From positions 689,484-753,483 of the forward strand of contig CAZHOJ010000001.1 of NCBI GenBank assembly GCA_964534125.1: a stretch of DNA of 64,000 nt, in the 5' to 3' direction. Position 1 is the first letter of the stretch. The number at the start of each line of letters is the position of its first letter. Of the stretch, positions 9,448-16,842 are shown in pieces. The translations under genes and the position numbers were made by a program. The DNA comes from an uncultured Ignavibacteriaceae bacterium. GTDB lineage: Bacteria; Bacteroidota; Ignavibacteria; UBA10030. The notes below the pieces were generated by a model. That model did not search any database. It was not told the origin of the DNA and was given only the letters and a program-made list of their open reading frames with translations.

Positions 9448-10956
9448 CTACACCCCCGCACACGGAAACGTGATGGTGAACCGCGCACCCCCTTCGTCCC
9501 TGTTCCCCGCATCGAGGGTCCAGCCGAGGCGCTGTGTGGCGATCTCGTGGGAAATGTAGCATCCATAGCCTGAATGCCCCTTGCGGCTTTGCGGATGGTG
9601 CGTGACATCCTCCAGAAAGATCTGCCGTGTTCCCCTGTCGTTCGGCTCAAGGAGCTCCGGGACGATCCCGCCGCCGTTATCCTCGATCAGCACGGATCCC
9701 CGCTTCGCATCCGGGTCGAACCGCGTCGAGACCCGCACCATGATCTCTTCCCCCGTCGCGTGGTCCAGCGAGTTCTGGATCAATGGCTCCAGCACCTCCC
9801 AGATGACATATTCATTCGCCGGCACGTGCGGGAGCGCCGGGTCAAGGTCGAGGTCGATGCGAACGTTCCGTCGGGCGTACGATCCCCTCCGGAAGATGTT
9901 GTCCACGAGGAAACGGATGAGGGCATTGACATCCGTCCGGAACATCGGCCCGCGTATCGTCTGGAGGGGCGGGTCGTACCACTTCATGTCGTAAATGACA
10001 CGCCCGATGAAGCTGATGTACTTGTCGATCCGGGCCTTGAGAGCAGGCATCGTCTCGGGCGTCATCATCCGCAGGTCCTCCTTGATGAATCCGCTGACTT
10101 TCTCCGCCTTATGGTGGGTATGGTAGATGCGCTTCGTGAAGGCGAGTTCCTTCTGATGGTGGATCTGGTCCGCGAGATGCTGTTTCTGCTCTTCAAAAAG
10201 TGCCTTCTGGGCATCGTCCCGTTCCTGAAGGGTCCTTGTCGAGATGTAGAACATCGCCACCAGCCCTATGATAATGAGGGCAGCATAAGCCAGGACCGTT
10301 TCATCATAGCTGAGCGTGAGGACATCGGTCAAAAAGAACAGGTTCGGCGAGCTCCGCATGTAGACGGCCCCTGTATACTCGCCCCTAGGTACGAACGGAA
10401 CGAAGACGTGGAATGTCCCCGTTCCCTCGACGACCGTCTGGATCTGCTCCATGGTCCGGAGGGTGTGTTCCACTCTGTGGAAGAGCTCCTCCACCTGAAC
10501 ATCCGGGATATCGCGGGCATCGTCTGCAATCCCCCCACCGTAGAAATGATCGTAGAGATCCCCTCCATCGCGGATGGAGACCATTCCAGCCCCTTTTGGG
10601 ATGAGGATGGATACGCTTTCCACGTTCTGGTCGAGGATCTGCTGGCTGAAAATGATGTTGAAGTCCTGGATGATCTGCTGACGATGCGCCTCGCTGCGCA
10701 CATCCCCGGCCGTCGCCTCGAGAAGCAACTCGAACGACGTGGCTGTCAGGTTCGCAATGCGTTCCGCCGCATCCTGCCGGTACCAGTCGCGGGAACTGTC
10801 ATACAGGCTTTGCAGTGACTGCTGGCTGATGGAAAGGACGATGATCTGGAACGCGATCAGGACGAGCAGCAGAATGGCGAGATGGCGGATCTCGAACCGG
10901 TACTTTCTGAGCCCTCGTATCCACAGGGACCTTTTTGAGGAAGGCGAGAGGGTCAT
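9448..10956 (-). CDS. Sensor histidine kinase with periplasmic sensing domain between two TM helices (atypical H-box)
   Basis: 502 aa. TM1 LAILLLVLIAFQIIVLSI and TM2 VLAYAALIIIGLVAMFYI. HATPase_c motifs NSLDHA, IEDNGGGI and GYGCYISHEIA. The start overlaps the upstream SBP-like gene stop by 4 bp (ATGA). Confidence 0.8.
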   Translation of the reverse strand: MTLSPSSKRSLWIRGLRKYRFEIRHLAILLLVLIAFQIIVLSISQQSLQSLYDSSRDWYRQDAAERIANLTATSFELLLEATAGDVRSEAHRQQIIQDFNIIFSQQILDQNVESVSILIPKGAGMVSIRDGGDLYDHFYGGGIADDARDIPDVQVEELFHRVEHTLRTMEQIQTVVEGTGTFHVFVPFVPRGEYTGAVYMRSSPNLFFLTDVLTLSYDETVLAYAALIIIGLVAMFYISTRTLQERDDAQKALFEEQKQHLADQIHHQKELAFTKRIYHTHHKAEKVSGFIKEDLRMMTPETMPALKARIDKYISFIGRVIYDMKWYDPPLQTIRGPMFRTDVNALIRFLVDNIFRRGSYARRNVRIDLDLDPALPHVPANEYVIWEVLEPLIQNSLDHATGEEIMVRVSTRFDPDAKRGSVLIEDNGGGIVPELLEPNDRGTRQIFLEDVTHHPQSRKGHSGYGCYISHEIATQRLGWTLDAGNRDEGGARFTITFPCAGV

Positions 10957-12263
10957 CGTAGAAGCACTGCTTTCGACTCGATCATGCGTCTGGCATCCTC
11001 GAGCGCTGCTGACGGCTGGATCGTCTGCTCGATTGCCTTGTTCAGATAATGTGAAAGTACATCGGATGTCTTCGTGTACTCGACGAGAGCCGGCCGGTGG
11101 AATCCCCGCTCCAGCAGGCTGTGATAGAACACCAGCTCCGGGTGCGATGCCACGAGCGCCGTATCAGCATACACATGCGTGTTGATCGGAATGAATCCCC
11201 CGAGCTCGAACAGGATACGCTGTGCTTCCTCTGATTGCAGGTATTCGATGAACTGCGACGCCTCCCTCTTCTTCGCGCTCGAGCGGGAGAGCATGAGGTT
11301 CCATCCGCCGAACACGGAGGCAGGCTCTGATCCGGCCATATGCGGGAGCGGGGCTCGGGCGACCGAGCGAAGTTTCGCGGAATCGCCATAGAAGGTGCTG
11401 AAGTTCTCGATGAAGTTTGGCCACCCCCGGACGAACACCGCATCGGACTCCAGGAAGTACCTGTACGACTCGTTCTCGTCGAACTTTGCGACATCGGCGG
11501 GGCTCGCTCCGGATCGGACGAGGGAGACAAGCCATTGGAGAGCCGTCGCAGCCGCAGGGCTGTTGAGGGAGAACGACGTATCGAGCTCGAAACCGTGATC
11601 GTAGCTCTTCGCCACCTCCAGGAAATTGCAGATCAGGCCTTCGTACTCCTTTGCCTGAAAGATGTAGAATGGCCGGTCCGAATACCCGAGACGCCGCCGC
11701 AGCTTCATCATCTCGTCCCACGTCAGAGATGCACGCAGCCGTTCCTCGACCGCATCTGCATCCGGCAACCTGCGAACAATGTCCCGCCGGTAGTACATCA
11801 GTCCGATGTCGATGTACATCGGAAGTGCAACAAGGGTGTCGTTCCAGACACACGATTGAAGGGCAGTCGGAAGAATATCGCTCCGCACATGTGGCGTGAT
11901 GTGCGACTCGAGCGGCTCGGCCCAGCGGGCGAAGCGGGGCACCCAGATGAGGTCGACCGCGAAGATGTCGAGCCTTTCGCTCTTGCTCCGCAATGAACGG
12001 GCCAGCAGTTCCTTCCGCTCGTTGGTCGTGAACTTCTCAAAGGGAAGGTCGACGGGAATAACTTCAATGGCGCCGCGGTGACGCTCATTGAACCGAGCGA
12101 TGACCGCCTCGTGCGCGGGCGAAATATTGTCCGCAAAATAGACCTGCACCGCACCGTTGTCGTCACCGGACGTCCCCTGCTGCGGCTTTCCAACATAAAG
12201 GCTGATGACGAGCAACAGTCCGAGACTGAGGCCGACAAGAATGGTCAATGTTCGTAGGCGCAT
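10953..12263 (-). CDS. Membrane-anchored periplasmic solute-binding-protein-like protein (SBP family 1/MalE-like), probable ligand-sensing partner of the kinase
   Basis: 436 aa with a single N-terminal TM (LTILVGLSLGLLLVISLYV) followed by an SBP-like fold. There are no ABC permease or ATPase genes nearby. It is translationally coupled (ATGA) to the histidine kinase. Confidence 0.6.
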   Translation of the reverse strand: MRLRTLTILVGLSLGLLLVISLYVGKPQQGTSGDDNGAVQVYFADNISPAHEAVIARFNERHRGAIEVIPVDLPFEKFTTNERKELLARSLRSKSERLDIFAVDLIWVPRFARWAEPLESHITPHVRSDILPTALQSCVWNDTLVALPMYIDIGLMYYRRDIVRRLPDADAVEERLRASLTWDEMMKLRRRLGYSDRPFYIFQAKEYEGLICNFLEVAKSYDHGFELDTSFSLNSPAAATALQWLVSLVRSGASPADVAKFDENESYRYFLESDAVFVRGWPNFIENFSTFYGDSAKLRSVARAPLPHMAGSEPASVFGGWNLMLSRSSAKKREASQFIEYLQSEEAQRILFELGGFIPINTHVYADTALVASHPELVFYHSLLERGFHRPALVEYTKTSDVLSHYLNKAIEQTIQPSAALEDARRMIESKAVLLR

Positions 12264-12362
12264 GGTCCTCTCAACGGCGGACTGGATAACACATATACCG
12301 TAACGGGCATGGAACGGAAAAAATGATCGGTCAGCGTTCAGGATCCCGAAAGATGGGTACGG

Positions 12363-13070
12363 CTACGGGACGAGCCGCCCAGGGTCGAGGGACAAGAGGA
12401 TATCGATGTCGAGCCGGTATTCCTTCGTCAGCTCGGTGCTCCTGGACAGCACCTTGTAGTCGCCTGAGATGATCTCCGAGAGGGCGAGATTCAGATTTCC
12501 CGCGGCCGCAAAGGCATAGCGCAGGTCCTTGTGCGCCACGGGAACAAAGCCCTTCTCGGTCGTGAAGAACCCTATCTCCTCCTCACCGATCTGCCGCCGC
12601 TCGATCTCGGCGATGCGGGCCTCGATGTCGGTGCTCCGCTGCTTCTCCACCTCCTTGTCCCGTATGATATGCCGGTGCGCAGTTGCGAGCGCATGGCGGA
12701 GGTGTTTCACGAGGTGCGAAGCGTATTCACGGCCATAGTACACCGTCGTCCTGCGGATATCTGTCCCGTCGATCGTCCACTCGATCGTGATGATGTCCGG
12801 CTTTCGGTCCTCGTTGAAATCCTTCGTTTCCACATACTTGACCAGCTCATCCTCTTTCTTATAGAGGGACACCGTTCCGCGACCTTCCTCCCGGTATTCG
12901 ATACGGTCGAAGTCCGACCCGTCCAGGAATTCCACATAGCAGATGTGCCCGTCGGGATCGACGGTCAGGTTCTCATAGTATGTCCGGTGGGAGACCGGCT
13001 CGTCCTGTGCGGCTGACGCGACGAGCAGGGTCACCATCATCACGAAGACAGCGAATGTTCTGTTGTGCAT
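12363..13070 (-). CDS. Hypothetical secreted protein
   Basis: The ORF 12363..13127 was trimmed to Met20 (ATG 13070..13068), which begins the signal peptide MHNRTFAVFVMMVTLLVASAAQDEP. No recognisable domain. Confidence 0.45.
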   Translation of the reverse strand: MHNRTFAVFVMMVTLLVASAAQDEPVSHRTYYENLTVDPDGHICYVEFLDGSDFDRIEYREEGRGTVSLYKKEDELVKYVETKDFNEDRKPDIITIEWTIDGTDIRRTTVYYGREYASHLVKHLRHALATAHRHIIRDKEVEKQRSTDIEARIAEIERRQIGEEEIGFFTTEKGFVPVAHKDLRYAFAAAGNLNLALSEIISGDYKVLSRSTELTKEYRLDIDILLSLDPGRLVP

Positions 13071-13254
13071 GGTCCATCCCAGCGTTCTTGAACACTGGAA
13101 TCTACGCAGCCCGGCTGCGATTATCAATCCTGATCCTCAGCGGTTTTTCCCTTCCGGGTTCCCATTGACTCCGAAGCGGTGAATCGGTAGGTTTCGTGCA
13201 TCATGCCCGGTTTTCCGGATCGTCCCTTCCCGACAACCAGCTTCGGAGGACGTC

Positions 13255-13758
13255 ATGATCCTGTCGAAACTTCGTTCCTTTCTCGACCAGCACGCGATAC
13301 GGTACACCACCTGCACCCATTCCGTCGCTTTCACGGCCGAAGAGCTGTCGCAGGCGACGCACATCCCGGGCCGGGAGATCGCCAAAACGGTCGTCGTCTG
13401 GATGGACGGCGCGATGGTCCTCGCTGTCCTTCCGGCGACGCACGTGATCGACTTCGGCCTGCTTCGCAAGGGAAGCGGCGCGAAGGAGATCGAGATCGCT
13501 TCCGAACCCGAGTTCAAGGACGCTTTCCCCGACTGCGAGCTCGGTGCGATGCCCCCGTTCGGCAACCTGTTCGACATGCGGACGTTCGTCGACCTGCGAC
13601 TCACCGAGGACACAGAGATCTCGTTCAACGCGGGGAACCACCGTGAGATGGTCAGGATGTCGTATGCTGACTTCGGACGCCTCGTGAAACCGACAGTGCT
13701 CCGGTTCGCCGTCGAAAAACGTTCTGCCGTTTCAATGGACCCGGTACAGCTCATGTGA
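13255..13758 (+). CDS. YbaK/ProX-like aminoacyl-tRNA deacylase (editing) domain protein
   Basis: 167 aa with GGAGGA 5 nt upstream of the ATG. The sequence resembles YbaK/EbsC-type trans-editing domains (…FAVEKRSAVSMDP...), judged by eye only. Confidence 0.5.
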   Translation: MILSKLRSFLDQHAIRYTTCTHSVAFTAEELSQATHIPGREIAKTVVVWMDGAMVLAVLPATHVIDFGLLRKGSGAKEIEIASEPEFKDAFPDCELGAMPPFGNLFDMRTFVDLRLTEDTEISFNAGNHREMVRMSYADFGRLVKPTVLRFAVEKRSAVSMDPVQLM

Positions 13759-13980
13759 CCGCAGTGTCCGGCTTTCTGGGGGTCCCCTGGCTGGGACTCC
13801 CGGAAGGCCCTCTTTGCCAAGGATCCGCCTGTTTTTCCCTCCGGCGGTCACCGCTTCCTCCCTCCCAGCATAGGAAATTTCCTACGGAAAATTCGCCTAT
13901 TCACGGATAGTTCCGACGCTTCCTCCGGTGTAAGTTGCATACCGAAGATCTGAGCATCTGACATCTTCGGAGATGATACG

Positions 13981-14280
13981 ATGACGCTCTCTTACACCAT
14001 ATCGAACACCATCCGCAAGGGCATCTCGACCCTCGGTTCCGTCCTCCATCAGGCACGGTTCGGGGGCACAGTCGGGACATACAGGTTCGAAGCGACCGGA
14101 CCCCGTTCGGCCCGGCTTGTTCTCGATAATCCGTACCCCTGCGATTCCTACGAAGCGATCATAACAGCAATGGTTCAACGGTTTACTCCAACGGGTGCCA
14201 CGCCTACAATCCAGCATCACAATACATCACCGAGCAGGTCCCGGCACGGGTTTGCCTGCACTTACACCGTCACCTGGTAA
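13981..14280 (+). CDS. Hypothetical small protein (99 aa)
   Basis: GGAG 8 nt upstream of the ATG. It is preceded by a hairpin CCGAAGAT-N13-ATCTTCGG (13936..13964). No known domain. Confidence 0.3.
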   Translation: MTLSYTISNTIRKGISTLGSVLHQARFGGTVGTYRFEATGPRSARLVLDNPYPCDSYEAIITAMVQRFTPTGATPTIQHHNTSPSRSRHGFACTYTVTW

Positions 14281-14343
14281 GGGTGGACAACCCACCAGGG
14301 ACGCTCCACGCACGCCGCATCTCTCCTCAGCACCCGGCACAAC

Positions 14344-14376
14344 ACAAAAAAAGGCCCGAAGATTCTTCTTCGGGCC
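14344..14376 (-). terminator. Rho-independent terminator (GGCCCGAAG-loop-CTTCGGGCC followed by T-run on minus strand)
   Basis: Perfect 9-bp stem 14353..14376 with a run of A on the plus strand 14346..14352 (T-run on minus), 30 nt downstream of the gene ending at 14406. Confidence 0.6.
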
Positions 14377-14405
14377 TCACTCTGTACGGACCAGACGCGA
14401 TGCCG

Positions 14406-14786
14406 CTACGCCGAGACCCGGCGGGACCGCTTCCCGGCCCGGACGATCCCCCCGATACCCACAGCACCAGCTGCGAGCGAGCTGAGAAGTCCGAGATACA
14501 GCGGTGAAAATTCCATATCCTCGGCGGCTTCCTTGACCTCCTCTCCCATTTCCACTCCCCGCTCAACGACGGCCTCGTGGAACGAATCTGCCGTCTCGAT
14601 GTAGCCAACGAATCCTATCGCGTTCGGCAGGACCAACGCTATGACGGTAAAGAGAATGAACCGTTTCACCATCCGGACCGTAAACATCATGATCCAGCCG
14701 GCGATGAACAGCAGTCCTGCTGTGACCACGATCGGATCGGCCCATGCACCGGAATGCACGTACAGATCTTCCACGATATCGAACAT
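14406..14786 (-). CDS. Small integral membrane protein (about 126 aa), hypothetical
   Basis: The ORF was trimmed to the internal ATG at 14786, which has AGGAGG 8 nt upstream. Two hydrophobic helices (VVTAGLLFIAGWIMMFTV, ILFTVIALVLPNAIGFVGYI). Confidence 0.5.
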   Translation of the reverse strand: MFDIVEDLYVHSGAWADPIVVTAGLLFIAGWIMMFTVRMVKRFILFTVIALVLPNAIGFVGYIETADSFHEAVVERGVEMGEEVKEAAEDMEFSPLYLGLLSSLAAGAVGIGGIVRAGKRSRRVSA

Positions 14787-14902
14787 GCGCTGTACCTCCT
14801 TCTCTGAACATGTCAAGGTAGGCACGCCGGGGACGATGTGCAAACCGGCCGAACTGCCCGCCCGCATGTGCCGGATCTCCCTCTGGAAGTCCGGAGCAGA
14901 GA

Positions 14903-14933
14903 ACAAAAAGGCCCGAAGCGTGCACTTCGGGCC
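14903..14933 (-). terminator. Rho-independent terminator, near-identical stem to the 14353 hairpin
   Basis: GGCCCGAAG-CGTGCA-CTTCGGGCC (14910..14933) preceded by AAAAA on the plus strand, downstream of the lipoprotein gene stop at 14980. Confidence 0.6.
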
Positions 14934-14979
14934 TCATACATCATGGACCGGGCGTCCTTCTGCAACGGCGCTTCCCTCC

Positions 14980-15438
14980 TCAGTTCACCACGGGCGGCTG
15001 ACTGTTCCCCCCTCCCTTGTCCGATGACGAGCTCAGATGCCGGATCCCGAGGAACGCCACAATGGTCGCGCCGGAAATGATCCCGGTGAAGATCACCGAC
15101 CGTACCGCGTCGATCCGTTCGACCTCAACGACCGTTCCTGAGCCGAGGGGGACAGTATAGAATCCCATCCCGGTCAATCCGAACGTCCCGTACTGTTCCC
15201 CCCACCCGACACAAGTCCAAATGCTGTCTGCCTGGGACTCGAACCGGTACTGGCCCGCGGGGAAGTCGTAGCGGTAGCCGTCAGCCGCGGCGATCCTGAG
15301 CCCCTGATCCTGCGGATCGATATCTGCGATGTTCATTCCGGGCTCGAGCGCTTGGAACGTACTGCACCCCCCGTGCAGGACGATGAGGGCGATCAGCAGC
15401 ATCGATGTCGCGGTGCGATATGTGCAGGTCTGCTTCAT
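14980..15438 (-). CDS. Lipoprotein (about 152 aa) downstream of SusD, hypothetical (SusE/F position)
   Basis: Trimmed to ATG 15438, giving MKQTCTYRTATSMLLIALIVLHGGCSTF (lipobox LHGGC). Confidence 0.5.
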   Translation of the reverse strand: MKQTCTYRTATSMLLIALIVLHGGCSTFQALEPGMNIADIDPQDQGLRIAAADGYRYDFPAGQYRFESQADSIWTCVGWGEQYGTFGLTGMGFYTVPLGSGTVVEVERIDAVRSVIFTGIISGATIVAFLGIRHLSSSSDKGGGNSQPPVVN

Positions 15439-15491
15439 AGGACAACCCGGCCGGCGGACGACCATCCGGCCGCCAGCCGGGTCCCGGTGAT

Positions 15492-16823
15492 TCATTCCGT
15501 GATCGGTATCTCGAACTCGTACAGCGCACCGGAACGGAAGTAGTGGTCGCGGCCCCACCTCCGGAGCGCCTGGAAGTACATCCCCACCTCGACAGCGAAC
15601 TCCATCCTGATCTCGTACTCCAGAGCCGCCATCGCCGTCGCTTCGTCAGCAGCGACAGCCAACGGAACGGGTGCCCCGGCATCATCCACCACTCCGGAGC
15701 GGATCGTATTGATGTCCGCAATGCCGCCCGCTACATCTCCGGACCGGATCTTCGCTTCTGCCGAGATGAGCGCGTTCTCCTGCCATGAGAGGATACGGAT
15801 CGGCGTTTCGGCCGTCGTGGCGCCGTTGTACTTGGATATCTTCAGCGGCGCCGTCCAGCCGGTCTGGTACGAATAGTACGTCTGCCGGTCATTGGCACCG
15901 AAGGTCGCATTCGCGACGCCATCGACTGTGGTCGACAGCAGGTTCACGCGCTCGTCCTTCGGGTCCTCAGTGATGTAGAACTTGCTCATCGACATCCGGA
16001 TGCGGTTGTTATAGCCGTCCGCAAATCCGGCAGTGAATATCGCCATGCCATCAGCCGGATTGTCATACGGGCCGAAGACCTGGCTCACCGCCGCAGGATC
16101 GGTCGGCTGTAGTCCCCCGGCGGACGCCGCAAGCGCGGCCGCATAGTTGCCGAGCTGCAGGTTCGCCTTCGCACGGAGGGTGTTCGCCGCCTTCCGGATA
16201 TCGATGTTCACCCACGTATCCTCGGGCGGATCGCTTCCTGCATACATCGCCTCGATCGCGTTGAAATCAGCTATCGCCCGATCGAGCGCCTCGGAAGCTG
16301 GATACCTCGGGCCGCGATTGAAGTTCACCTCTCTGAAGACGAGCCCCAGGTAGAGGGTCGACCACCCCCGGACCAGGGTCGAGAACGCAACGAACGTCTG
16401 CTTGCGCTGTTCAACGCTCGGAGCGCTCGCCGGGAGCTGGTCCGCGAAATCAAACTGATGCACATAGGTGGTCAGGAACAGGTCCGCCTGGTTGCGCGCA
16501 TCGTGCAGCCCGGCGTACATCGTGTTCGCCTCGGTCAGGCCGGAGTGGAACTGGCCCATGTCGATATCGCCGGACCCCTGGTAGGAATCCGTCTCGTCGA
16601 CGTTGTCCGTGGCTATCTCCGCTGAGTAGGTGACGTTGTCGAGCACGTTCACGAGCCGCTCATACGAGCCCTGGACTGCGAGCCGGGCGGCGGGATATCC
16701 CCCGCCGATGATGTCCTCCGCGGTCACGAGCGTGTTGTCCTCCGCCTCGAACAGGTCGTCGCAGGACATGAACGCCAGCACGACGGCTGCGAGGAGGACG
16801 GGTATCATTCGTCTTGTAGTCAT
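15492..16823 (-). CDS. SusD/RagB-family nutrient-binding outer-membrane lipoprotein
   Basis: 443 aa with lipoprotein signal MTTRRMIPVLLAAVVLAFMSC. TPR-like helical SusD architecture, and it sits immediately downstream of the SusC-like gene. Confidence 0.8.
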   Translation of the reverse strand: MTTRRMIPVLLAAVVLAFMSCDDLFEAEDNTLVTAEDIIGGGYPAARLAVQGSYERLVNVLDNVTYSAEIATDNVDETDSYQGSGDIDMGQFHSGLTEANTMYAGLHDARNQADLFLTTYVHQFDFADQLPASAPSVEQRKQTFVAFSTLVRGWSTLYLGLVFREVNFNRGPRYPASEALDRAIADFNAIEAMYAGSDPPEDTWVNIDIRKAANTLRAKANLQLGNYAAALAASAGGLQPTDPAAVSQVFGPYDNPADGMAIFTAGFADGYNNRIRMSMSKFYITEDPKDERVNLLSTTVDGVANATFGANDRQTYYSYQTGWTAPLKISKYNGATTAETPIRILSWQENALISAEAKIRSGDVAGGIADINTIRSGVVDDAGAPVPLAVAADEATAMAALEYEIRMEFAVEVGMYFQALRRWGRDHYFRSGALYEFEIPITE

Positions 16824-16842
16824 TGCTGTTCTCCTCTGGTCG

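Noticed and set aside
13137-13820. 227-aa minus-strand ORF and overlapping 13201..13646 ORFs
   Set aside because: Antisense to, or out of frame with, the YbaK-like gene, which has a strong SD. The translations are low-complexity.
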